Shown here piece after piece: positions 46,477-55,480 of a stretch of DNA of 64,000 nucleotides (position 1 is its first letter; each line of letters starts with the position of its first letter). Under the pieces are notes generated by a model. The model was not told where the DNA came from and ran no database searches. It saw nothing but the letters and a program-made list of their open reading frames with translations. Source of the DNA: Candidatus Kaiserbacteria bacterium RIFCSPLOWO2_01_FULL_45_25 (GTDB lineage: Bacteria; Patescibacteriota; Minisyncoccia; Phycocordibacterales; UBA918); NCBI GenBank assembly GCA_001781415.1, contig MFLT01000012.1:6485-70484 (forward strand). The letters run 5' to 3'. The position numbers and the translations under genes were made by a program.

Positions 46477-48525
46477 TTACTTAGTTGTTTTCTTCTTCGA
46501 CTTTTTGGTTACACTGGCTTCAAGAATTCTAATTTCATCTCGAATAATAGCGGCAGTTTCAAAATCCAAGATTGCCACAGCTTCATCCATTTGTCGCTTT
46601 TTCTCTTTGAGCACACCTTTAGGATTCTTTTGGAACAAATCCATATCAACCTTGAGCAGGGTATCTACAGTCTCATCATGCTCGGTACGCATTTGGTCTG
46701 TAATAGATTTAATTTCTTTGGCGATAGTCTTTGGGGTAATACCATGTTCCTTGTTATAGGCCAGCTGTCTGTTACGGCGCCGTGTTGTCTCGCCAATAGC
46801 CTTATCAAGCGCCGGAGTCATCTCATCGGCGTAGAGAATAACTCGACCATTGACGTTACGAGCAGCTCGTCCAATGGTCTGAATAAGCGCTGTCTCACTG
46901 CGAAGAAAACCTTGCTTATCGGCATCAAGAATAGCTACTAGCTCAACTTCTGGTAGGTCTAGACCTTCTCGTAGCAAGTTAACGCCGACCAAACAATCAA
47001 ACTTACCGCGTCTAAAGTCAGTCAGGATTTCAATACGTTCGATGGTATCAACGTCACTATGGATGTACTTGGTACTGATACCACGTTCAGTTAAGAACTC
47101 TGATAAGTCCTCAGCCATTTTCTTGGTCAGAGTAGTAGTAAGTACACGGGCCCCACCCTTAATTACCTTTTCTGCTTCGTCGATAAAATCTTTAATTTGG
47201 CCAGGGTAAGTACCAACTTCAGTAATTGGGCGGATGTCGATGGCTGGATCTACTAGTCCTGTTGGACGAATGATTTGCTCTACCATTCCGATACCAGACT
47301 CCGCCGCCTTCTCATACTCATACTTACCAGGTGTGGCTGAAGTATAGATTCGTTGACCAATATTAGCTTCAAATTCAGCAAATTTAAGGGGGCGGTTATC
47401 AACCGCTGAAGGCAGACGAAAACCGAACTCTACTAGCGTGTCTTTACGTGAGCGGTCACCAGCGTACATGCCATTAATTTGTGGAATAGAAACATGTGAT
47501 TCATCGATGATGGTGATGAAGTCAGGTGTACCGTCTTCTTTGTGTGGGAAGTAAGAAAGCAGTGTGTATGGAGCTTCACCAGATTTGCGTCTATCGAAGT
47601 GACGAGAGTAATTTTCAATCCCATTGCAGTAGCCAACCTCACGCATGAGAGCAAGGTCATGTTGAGTCCGTCTTCGTAGTCGTTCTGCCTCTAGCAACTT
47701 ACCTTCTGATTTGAACTTAGCTAGTTGAACCTCAAGTTCTTGCTGAATTTCTTCAATAGCTATCTTGCGCTCATGTTCTGGAGTAACAAAGTGTTTGGCT
47801 GGAAAGAGGAAAAAAGTCTCTGATTCTTCAATAATGGCTCTGGTTATAGCATCAATTTTGGTAATACTTGTAACACTGTCACCAGTAAAACCTAGACGAT
47901 AAATCACCCGTTCGTTGGTAGGCATTATTTCGATGGTGTTTCCAACGGCTCTAAAGTGTCCTGGCACTAAATCAGCGTTAGTACGCTCAAAGTACATATC
48001 AATCAATCTTCGTAGCATATCAGCGCGAGTAGTCTTGAAACCACGCTCAATTTTCATGTGTCTCTTCAAGTATTCTGCTGGAGCCCCAAGGCCATAGATA
48101 CACGACACAGACGCTACGATAATCACATCCTTTCGTGTGAGCAAGGCTTGAGTTGAGGCATGGCGGAGACGGTCAATCTCTTCGTTAATCTGCGCTTCTT
48201 TTTCGATATAGGTGTCAGAGGTCGGCATATAGGCCTCTGGTTGGTAGTAGTCGTAGTACGACACGAAGAAGTGTACGGCGTTTTCTGGGAAGAAGTCACG
48301 GTACTCTTGCGCCAGCTGAGCCGCTAGTGTCTTGTTGTGGGCAATTACCAGAGCCGGCTTTCCTATCTGCTGAATTACATTGGCGGCGGTATAGGTCTTT
48401 CCAGAACCAGTTACACCAAGGAGAGTCTGGTGGGTCTCACCATTTTTTATACCCTTTACGAGCTTTTCTATAGCCTGTGGCTGGTCTCCAGCTGGCTTTT
48501 TGTCGGTGGCGAGTTTAAATTCCAT
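46477..48525 (-). CDS. uvrB: excinuclease ABC subunit B
   Basis: GVTGSGKT helicase motif I, DESH, C-terminal UVR domain (AAIIRDEIRILE); 682 aa. Confidence 0.95.
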   Translation of the reverse strand: MEFKLATDKKPAGDQPQAIEKLVKGIKNGETHQTLLGVTGSGKTYTAANVIQQIGKPALVIAHNKTLAAQLAQEYRDFFPENAVHFFVSYYDYYQPEAYMPTSDTYIEKEAQINEEIDRLRHASTQALLTRKDVIIVASVSCIYGLGAPAEYLKRHMKIERGFKTTRADMLRRLIDMYFERTNADLVPGHFRAVGNTIEIMPTNERVIYRLGFTGDSVTSITKIDAITRAIIEESETFFLFPAKHFVTPEHERKIAIEEIQQELEVQLAKFKSEGKLLEAERLRRRTQHDLALMREVGYCNGIENYSRHFDRRKSGEAPYTLLSYFPHKEDGTPDFITIIDESHVSIPQINGMYAGDRSRKDTLVEFGFRLPSAVDNRPLKFAEFEANIGQRIYTSATPGKYEYEKAAESGIGMVEQIIRPTGLVDPAIDIRPITEVGTYPGQIKDFIDEAEKVIKGGARVLTTTLTKKMAEDLSEFLTERGISTKYIHSDVDTIERIEILTDFRRGKFDCLVGVNLLREGLDLPEVELVAILDADKQGFLRSETALIQTIGRAARNVNGRVILYADEMTPALDKAIGETTRRRNRQLAYNKEHGITPKTIAKEIKSITDQMRTEHDETVDTLLKVDMDLFQKNPKGVLKEKKRQMDEAVAILDFETAAIIRDEIRILEASVTKKSKKKTTK

Positions 48526-48550
48526 AGAAAGAGTATAGCTTGTATTTATA

Positions 48551-48586
48551 AAGAAAAAAAGCCAACGTATTTTGGTACGTTGGCTG
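48551..48586 (-). terminator. intrinsic terminator (GCCAACGTA...TACGTTGGC)
   Basis: 9-bp stem + U-run on minus after stop of 48588..49214. Confidence 0.55.
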
Positions 48587-48587
48587 G

Positions 48588-49214
48588 TTAGGAGTCACCC
48601 TCTTTATTGTGACTGATGTGCGGAGTACAGGCGAGCAAAAGCTCTTTCCACAACCGGTCGACCTTGCGCGCGAGCGGAAGTACGTGGTCAATGGTTTCTT
48701 CTGTCTTCAACAGCTTCTTTTCTGGAGTTCCCCACAACGTAATCATATTATGGAGTCTATCAGCGAGCTTGAGCACGATGGCGCGATAACCAGCAGCCCG
48801 CACTTTGGCAAAAGTTGCCGTTTCAAACTTATGATCAGAACCATATAGTTTTCGGTCTGGTTTAGTTACTGCCTCAACCAGTACAGCCACATCGGCATTG
48901 AACATTCGTTCAATCCGTCTCTTGGTCCAACCCTTTCTGTCCTCAATGAGGTCATGTAGCAGCGCAGCCACGATAAGGTTGGCGTCCTTAATACCAAGAT
49001 AGGCCATAATGATTACCGCCACCGCTACCTTGTGATAGAAGTAACGAGTACCATCCTTGCGCCTAACTATGAAGAACTCATCCCGGGCGACAAAGTAGGC
49101 TTTGACAATGAGCTTAAACTCATCGGAGTCTTCTCTAAAACTCCGGGTTACCAGTCGAAAGAAGTTTCGCCGGTGTCGATGTTCAAAAATAACTTGCTTG
49201 AGATCATCCAGCAT
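48588..49214 (-). CDS. HD-domain (p)ppGpp hydrolase (RelA/SpoT-type small alarmone hydrolase)
   Basis: LLHDLIED HD motif and KLADRLHNM signature of RelA/SpoT hydrolase domain; 208 aa. Confidence 0.75.
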   Translation of the reverse strand: MLDDLKQVIFEHRHRRNFFRLVTRSFREDSDEFKLIVKAYFVARDEFFIVRRKDGTRYFYHKVAVAVIIMAYLGIKDANLIVAALLHDLIEDRKGWTKRRIERMFNADVAVLVEAVTKPDRKLYGSDHKFETATFAKVRAAGYRAIVLKLADRLHNMITLWGTPEKKLLKTEETIDHVLPLARKVDRLWKELLLACTPHISHNKEGDS

Positions 49215-49261
49215 TTGGTCCTCCTTTCTGGAACTGGTTCAAGATATTGAAACTATGTCAT

Positions 49262-49297
49262 AAAAAAGCTCTGGTGTACACCAGAGCTTTTTTAAAT
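49262..49297. terminator. bidirectional intrinsic terminator (AGCTCTGGTGT ACACCAGAGCT + TTTTTT)
   Basis: 11-bp perfect palindromic stem after tgt. Confidence 0.6.
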
Positions 49298-50533
49298 TTT
49301 TAACAACTGTTCACGGAGTTTCTTTGTAAAATTCACGATGAAGTGAAGGTTGTGAATTGAGGCCAGCTGTGGACCGAGCATTTCACCCGCTCTGAAGAGA
49401 TGCGAGACATAGGCTTTGGTATAAGTCTGCGCTACATGTCCATCAGACAGTGGGTCAATTAGTGAGTGGTCGTTAGCAAATTTTTGATTTCGTAAATTTA
49501 GCTTAACGGTCTCAGGATAGGTAATCGTACCGCAAGCTGAGGTCTTGGTACGTCCAGTATAAGCGTAGATTGTACCAGTGCGGCCAATACGAGTTGGGGC
49601 GACGCAGTCAAAAGTGTCACAGCCTTTGAGTACCCCTTCAACAATATCTTCTGGTTCACCAATACCAAGTAAGTGACGCGGCTTATCTTCGGGAAGAATT
49701 TCATTTACGACCTTGAGTGAGTCACCTAAGTCTTCTTTACTGAATGAGCCACCAATACCATAACCATCAAAGCCCATATCGCCAAGCACTCGAGCACTCT
49801 CCTTCCGTAAGTCGGTAAAGCGCCCTCCTTGAACAACACCATACAAGCCCTGCTTCTTAATAGCTTGATAGTTTTGCTTATGAGCCATGAGACTACGCTT
49901 AGCCCAGCGATGGGTTCTGTCCATTGCTTCTTTTTGGTATTCATAATCAGCACTTGGACTAGTACATTCATCAAACGCAATGATAATGTCTGCCCCAATA
50001 GCTTGCTGAATTTCAATTGAGCGTTCAGCTGTGAAGCGATGCATTGAACCATCAATATGCGAAGTAAAAGTAACACCTTCTTCATCGATGATGCAAAGCT
50101 TGCCGTGCTCAGTAGCAGCTTCACGCGAGTAGACGTTAATCCCCTTTTTATTTACCGACTCAGCTTCTGGAGCTTCGCCTTTAGCAAACTTAGTAACACC
50201 CTTTCCAAAGGCGGCACCAAGTGAAAACACTTGAAATCCGCCGGAGTCAGTGATGGTTGGCAGTTGCCAGTTAGCGAACTTATGTAGGCCACCTGCAGCC
50301 TTAATGACCTCATGTCCTGGTTGTAAGAAAAGATGATAGGTGTTAGCCAAGGCCACTTGATTACCAACATATTGCTGCATTTCTTCTGGAGTCACGCCTT
50401 TGATAGTGGCTTTAGTTCCAACTGTCACAAAAGCTGGCGTCTGTATGTCGCCATGCGGAGTATGAATAACCCCAACCCGAGCTAGAGTGCCTGGGAGTTT
50501 CTTTTCAATGGTAAATGTGACTGGTGCTGACAT
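49292..50533 (-). CDS. tgt: queuine tRNA-ribosyltransferase (tRNA-guanine transglycosylase)
   Basis: DSGGFQVFSLG, ...LLGIGEPEDIVEGVLKGCDTFDCVAPTR Zn-site; start likely Met12 of track ORF 49292..50566. Confidence 0.9.
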   Translation of the reverse strand: MSAPVTFTIEKKLPGTLARVGVIHTPHGDIQTPAFVTVGTKATIKGVTPEEMQQYVGNQVALANTYHLFLQPGHEVIKAAGGLHKFANWQLPTITDSGGFQVFSLGAAFGKGVTKFAKGEAPEAESVNKKGINVYSREAATEHGKLCIIDEEGVTFTSHIDGSMHRFTAERSIEIQQAIGADIIIAFDECTSPSADYEYQKEAMDRTHRWAKRSLMAHKQNYQAIKKQGLYGVVQGGRFTDLRKESARVLGDMGFDGYGIGGSFSKEDLGDSLKVVNEILPEDKPRHLLGIGEPEDIVEGVLKGCDTFDCVAPTRIGRTGTIYAYTGRTKTSACGTITYPETVKLNLRNQKFANDHSLIDPLSDGHVAQTYTKAYVSHLFRAGEMLGPQLASIHNLHFIVNFTKKLREQLLKI

Positions 50534-50584
50534 GTGAAAACAAGAATGCCGGCTTGTGACCGGCATACTTAGTGATTATGGTGC

Positions 50585-51130
50585 TTACTTGTTGATTGAT
50601 ATAAGCTCAATAGCGAAGACAAGAGTTGAATTAGCCGGGATTGGACCAATAGCTTGGTTTCCGTAAGCTAGTTCAGGTGGGATGACGAGAATTCGTTGTC
50701 CACCAACTTTCATGCCAATTAAACCTTGCTCCCAACCAGCAATAACTCGTCCTTCACCAACAGTGAATTCAAAGGTCTCACCTCGCTTCTTTGAGTTATC
50801 AAACTCAAGTCCACCTTGAAGGGTTCCGATGTAATGCACCTCAACTGTGTCACCCACTTTTACTTCATCACCATTTCCAACTACAATGTCGTCAATCACA
50901 AGACTTTTGATGTTACCACGTGCATCAGAGGCAGTTCTGAGAGCTGCTGCACGTTCATTATTAATATCATCTCCACTACCAACTACCACTACGTTACTTT
51001 GATTAACTGACGCTAACTGAGTTCCAGTGGCAGCAGTCAAAAACGAAGTTTCTACTCGAATCAAATACAAAGCCAGTGCCATTAATAGCACACTTAGTCC
51101 GATTCCTACCATTTCAAATTTGCTCAACAT
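50585..51130 (-). CDS. FKBP-type peptidyl-prolyl cis-trans isomerase (membrane-anchored)
   Basis: VEVHYIGTLQGGLEFDNS...FTVGEGRVIAGWEQGLIGMKVGGQRILVIPPELAYG FKBP domain. Confidence 0.85.
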   Translation of the reverse strand: MLSKFEMVGIGLSVLLMALALYLIRVETSFLTAATGTQLASVNQSNVVVVGSGDDINNERAAALRTASDARGNIKSLVIDDIVVGNGDEVKVGDTVEVHYIGTLQGGLEFDNSKKRGETFEFTVGEGRVIAGWEQGLIGMKVGGQRILVIPPELAYGNQAIGPIPANSTLVFAIELISINK

Positions 51131-51141
51131 ACAATATTTAA

Positions 51142-52230
51142 TTATTCTGTCATAATAACGACTTCAGGGGTAATTGCAAGCAAAGAAGCGAGCGGTACAC
51201 GTCCCAAGAGTATGCTCTCTTTAAGACTTGGATCACTAATAGAAGCTAGATATTCTAGAAATTCAGCCTTATTTTGGGCGCTCATTTGAGTAGGTTGGTT
51301 GCGTGTTTCCAGGCTAGATACCGGTATGATTTCTAGGTAATTTTGCTCTCCTAGCACCAATTTAGTAACCAATCCTTGCTGGACGGCTAGTGAGAAATAT
51401 TGATCAAAGATGAAATTACCCAAAGAGTAGACAATTAGGGTATTTTCAATCATTTCTAGGCCTTGCACCACGTGTGGATGGTGGCCAATGACTAAATCAA
51501 TACCTAATTCCGCCAAGAGCTTCGCAAAATTTCGTTGGGCCAAGGTTGGGGTATCAACATATTCTTCCCCCCAGTGTACATACGCTACTTGAATATCGGT
51601 CTCCTCCTGCATAACTTGAAACACAGGAGCTAATGTTTCTTTGGTTGGATAACTATATAGAGTATGAAGAGCTAATACTCCCACCTCCTTATCATCAACC
51701 TCAATCACTGTATAGGACGGTTCAGAAACTACACTTGGGTGACCAAATGGTACCAATCCCCTATCCCAAACCGCACTCACAGTGTGGTTGTATCCAGCCA
51801 ATCCAAAATCAAAGGTGTGATTGTTGGCTAACCCCAAGTGTGTAAACCCAGCGGCCGCCACCGCTTCTAAGCTAGCCACAGGTGTAGAAAACCGGAAAGT
51901 GTTATTGGCAGTCGGTACATGTGTCTCTGGTATAGCTGATTCAAAGTTTGCCACCGCATATGAGGTCGACGGAATTGAAAATTGGGCAAAGGGAAAATCC
52001 ACACCACTTTGCCTCATTCTCCTCTCTACATCACGCGCCAACATGATATCACCAAAAAAATACACGTTTGTTTTAGTATTTATAAGTTCAGGTGCAGGTG
52101 ACTGCTCTGAAGTAAGATTACCTAAAACCTCTTCATCAATTTCCAAAAATGACACACTGGTTATTGGCCAAAAAAATTGAAACGCAATTAATAGTGAGCA
52201 GATAAGTGATAGCTTGTACCAAATCGACAT
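51142..52230 (-). CDS. CapA-family (poly-gamma-glutamate/capsule biosynthesis) metallophosphoesterase-like protein
   Basis: YFFGDIMLARDV, ANNHTFDFG, VHWGEEY motifs. Confidence 0.7.
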   Translation of the reverse strand: MSIWYKLSLICSLLIAFQFFWPITSVSFLEIDEEVLGNLTSEQSPAPELINTKTNVYFFGDIMLARDVERRMRQSGVDFPFAQFSIPSTSYAVANFESAIPETHVPTANNTFRFSTPVASLEAVAAAGFTHLGLANNHTFDFGLAGYNHTVSAVWDRGLVPFGHPSVVSEPSYTVIEVDDKEVGVLALHTLYSYPTKETLAPVFQVMQEETDIQVAYVHWGEEYVDTPTLAQRNFAKLLAELGIDLVIGHHPHVVQGLEMIENTLIVYSLGNFIFDQYFSLAVQQGLVTKLVLGEQNYLEIIPVSSLETRNQPTQMSAQNKAEFLEYLASISDPSLKESILLGRVPLASLLAITPEVVIMTE

Positions 52231-52232
52231 AA

Positions 52233-52652
52233 CTAATTACCAAACATTGAGACAGTTGGGTGGAACATACCAACCTGGTAGTAATACATAGCAAAGGCTA
52301 CACCAGCCACCGCCAATAAGGTCGCTACGATTGTCACTACCGTGGTCTGGATGAAGGACATATCACGTCGTCGGTTGTTTTGAATTGTAAAATCGTCCAA
52401 CTGTACTTCAATGCCAAGTAAAGATGAAATTTCTGATGGCTTCAAAGCTTCGTCTGTATGAAAAATTTTATGAAGTCCGTCTACGCGAGTCTCGTGGGTC
52501 TTACTATTTTCACGCAATACCATCATCGCCGTATCTACCTCATCATTGTTATAGCGAGCACTAAGCAGCACAGAACGAATTTCCTCATCGGGTGCAGTCG
52601 GAGCTACACCATTAATTTTTAGAATTGTTTCAATGTCTTGCTTTTGAATCAT
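52233..52652 (-). CDS. hypothetical protein with C-terminal TM anchor
   Basis: 139-aa ORF adjacent (2-nt gap) to CapA gene. Confidence 0.5.
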   Translation of the reverse strand: MIQKQDIETILKINGVAPTAPDEEIRSVLLSARYNNDEVDTAMMVLRENSKTHETRVDGLHKIFHTDEALKPSEISSLLGIEVQLDDFTIQNNRRRDMSFIQTTVVTIVATLLAVAGVAFAMYYYQVGMFHPTVSMFGN

Positions 52653-52663
52653 GATAGAAATTG

Positions 52664-53722
52664 CTATCCACGTTTTTTCTCTCTGGCCAGATACTGATTA
52701 TACACTTCAAGCAGCACAGTAAAGAGAGTTACTATCACCGGACCGATGATAAAGCCAATCGGACCAAAAGTTGAAATACCGCCCATAACAGACGTCAACA
52801 TAATAAAAGGATGAAGGTTATTGCCACGACTCATAAGGTGTGGAGCGATTATGTTATCAACGACGATAACCGTCACTACTGTCCAAATAGCCAATCCAAT
52901 TGCCGCTGGGACAGCACCAGAAATAGCCAAGAAGAATATTCCCGGCACCATAATTGCCAAAGTACCAAGACCAGGAATCATGGCTAGTATCGCCCCGACC
53001 GCACCCCACAGGACAGCTCTATCAATACCAAATATAGTAAATCCGATCGCCGCCAACGTTCCTTGAATAAGCGAGACCAGTACTACTCCAGTAGCTACCG
53101 TTCGTACTGCCACCGCTAATCTTCCAAATATAACCTCATCATCCTTGTCAGGTAATGGACTAATCTTTACAGCAATCTTTAAGAACTCACGACCATCCCG
53201 GAAGAAATAAAACGAACCAATGAGTGAAATAAGGATAATAAACACTGTTGAGACAGTGCCAGCAAAGATGGCGCCAATGTTGCGGACCAACCATTCTGCA
53301 CCCTGACGAATCTGTTCAGTAATATTTAAATCAAAACTAGGAATGTAGTTTTGAACAACAGATTCAAAGTTTAAGACATATTTCTCAATGGTAAGCTCTT
53401 GCCCAGCACCGAGGGTTTGATAAAAGCTAACCAATTCCTTTACAAACAGTGAAGAGATGAAGATTAGTGGCAGGATAATTATCACGACAACAGCCAAAGT
53501 GGAGATAGCGGCCGCTAGAGTTTTATTTTGTTTGTAGACGCGTGACTTAATCCGCTCATACATTGGGTAACAGATGGTTACAATAACGGTAGAGAGCGCT
53601 AGAGCGCTTATAAATGGTGAGAGGATAATCCACACAAAATATCCCGCTCCAGCTAGCAAAGCAAAGAAGAACGCGTATTCAACAACTCTACTCATAGACA
53701 TACCATAACTATAGCAAGACAA
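52664..53722 (-). CDS. AI-2E family transporter (UPF0118/PerM-like membrane protein)
   Basis: 352 aa, 7-8 TM helices, conserved Gly/Pro-rich C-terminal helices typical of family. Confidence 0.75.
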   Translation of the reverse strand: MSCYSYGMSMSRVVEYAFFFALLAGAGYFVWIILSPFISALALSTVIVTICYPMYERIKSRVYKQNKTLAAAISTLAVVVIIILPLIFISSLFVKELVSFYQTLGAGQELTIEKYVLNFESVVQNYIPSFDLNITEQIRQGAEWLVRNIGAIFAGTVSTVFIILISLIGSFYFFRDGREFLKIAVKISPLPDKDDEVIFGRLAVAVRTVATGVVLVSLIQGTLAAIGFTIFGIDRAVLWGAVGAILAMIPGLGTLAIMVPGIFFLAISGAVPAAIGLAIWTVVTVIVVDNIIAPHLMSRGNNLHPFIMLTSVMGGISTFGPIGFIIGPVIVTLFTVLLEVYNQYLAREKKRG

Positions 53723-54117
53723 TACAAAAAGGACTAGGTATATACACTGGGTATACCTAGTCCTCGTGAACGTTATTGAATCAGTTGAATTTCAGCGACC
53801 CTGGCTGCAGTTTCGATTGTTTTGAAACTTTGTGCTGCAGCGGAATTTAATGCTGAAAATGTCTGGCTCAAAAAGTGTGATAGTGCCCAAAGGATTATCA
53901 CAAAACCAATTGCTTTTCGCATACAAAGTGTATTGCGACCCTGAGACCCTTTTCGAAAAGGCCATCATGTAAAATGAAAGGGGCGCGGCAATTGGTAACA
54001 ATGAACTTACCTGCTCATACTAGAGCACATTTTTTGAGTTTATGCAAATCTAGCTTTAGCTGCCTTGATGCTAATTAATTTGTTTTAATTCTTCGCTTTT
54101 CTGCAACTATTTATACA

Positions 54118-54145
54118 TAATTCTATGTATCATTAATGATACATA
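54118..54145. promoter_or_regulatory. palindromic candidate operator TTCTATGTATCAttaaTGATACATAGAA
   Basis: perfect 12-bp arms; second copy of palindrome seen at 33410..33437. Confidence 0.4.
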
Positions 54146-54399
54146 GAAAATAAGTCTATTTTGAGCCTTTTTAATTATCAAAGGAGTTCCAGTTCCAGGG
54201 ATTTGTCTGGAAGGCCGCTTCAGCTGACAGCTCCCTGCGAAGTCTAATCTGATTAAGCGCTTGTATAAGATTATTACTTATAGTGGTAGCTTCAAGTACC
54301 TGGCGGACCACATACCTTAGTTTCTCCCTGCGGGGTCGAAACTAAGGTTGTGTCTGCCTAAGCAAAACATAATCGCGCTCTGCGCTCTTTGTTTCTGCT

Positions 54400-54948
54400 T
54401 TATTTAGAGTTAATTATGCTCTCTACCACAGTTTTAATGTCCGCTTTGTTGGCTACGCCACGGAAATGTTCAACTACTTCCCCTTTACGGTTGTAAATTA
54501 CTACTTCAGGCATGGCGTAGCCTCCTACTGTCAGATAAAACGCATCGCGAGGATCAAGCACCATCACTACTCCAGTTATATTTTGTAGTGTCTGTAAGAA
54601 ACGAGCAGCTTGCTCTTTGGATTCTTTACGATTAATCGCCATGAAGACCACTTCCTCATCTGAAAATTCACTACTGAGCTCAGAAAGTGTATTTAGGTCC
54701 GCTGTAGAAAACGGAGACCATGATGCCCAAGTAGCTACCACCAAAGTCCTTCCTAAGTACTGCTCTAATGACACTGGATTACCAAGTAAGTCAGTGTAAG
54801 GCGCTTCCCCTTCTGGGTTAGAGAAAAGTGCCACCGTGTCTTCGTTAATTTTATTGTTGCTTTTACTGACGATAAAGTAAGTAGCTACTGCCCCAAGGGC
54901 CAATAGTAAAAACAGCCCGCCCAATACTTTTTTTTGATAACTACTCAT
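54400..54948 (-). CDS. membrane-anchored thioredoxin-fold (TlpA/ResA-like) protein lacking the CxxC motif
   Basis: N-terminal TM, ...LVVATWASWSPFS... at the position of WCxxC; 182 aa. Confidence 0.55.
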   Translation of the reverse strand: MSSYQKKVLGGLFLLLALGAVATYFIVSKSNNKINEDTVALFSNPEGEAPYTDLLGNPVSLEQYLGRTLVVATWASWSPFSTADLNTLSELSSEFSDEEVVFMAINRKESKEQAARFLQTLQNITGVVMVLDPRDAFYLTVGGYAMPEVVIYNRKGEVVEHFRGVANKADIKTVVESIINSK

Positions 54949-54957
54949 GACTTTGAC

Positions 54958-55440
54958 TTACCCCTTAATAAATAACTCAAACTCTTCTGGTCTTTCTCCC
55001 GGAGCGGCCGGAATTAGATTTAGTTCAACCACTCTACCCATGAAAGTAGCCGTTACTGTAGCTTCAGGTGAAGCGGCGACTGACTCTGTGATAAACCGCT
55101 GTGTAGTCATAACTTGCGCACACATCTCTGAGTTATTGATGACATTAAAATTAAGGACGATTTGCTCTGGATATGATTCTCGAACCGTTGTATCAACCTC
55201 AAGCAAGTCACATGGTGTTGGAAGAACAAGTTCACCAGCAAAAGTATGTTCACCATCAATGATGTAATGCTTGGCATCAATTCGAGTAATGCCTGGGTAG
55301 AGCACTACTTCTTCTTCAACTGGAGTTTCTACGACTGGTGTTTGCACCATCTCAGCTCGCTTCAAGTAGGCAAACACAAACATCCCTACGATGATAAGTA
55401 GAAAAAAACTTACTACTAGAAGTATTGTTCGCTTGTCCAT
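54958..55440 (-). CDS. hypothetical membrane-anchored protein
   Basis: 160 aa, N-terminal TM, 10-nt gap to next gene. Confidence 0.5.
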   Translation of the reverse strand: MDKRTILLVVSFFLLIIVGMFVFAYLKRAEMVQTPVVETPVEEEVVLYPGITRIDAKHYIIDGEHTFAGELVLPTPCDLLEVDTTVRESYPEQIVLNFNVINNSEMCAQVMTTQRFITESVAASPEATVTATFMGRVVELNLIPAAPGERPEEFELFIKG

Positions 55441-55480
55441 AGTTAAAATATTATGCTTGTAACTATTGTTAGTATATCAC

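Noticed and set aside
53792-54001. 69-aa minus-strand ORF in the long intergenic gap
   Set aside because: No RBS and low-complexity sequence. The region looks regulatory or structured-RNA-like.
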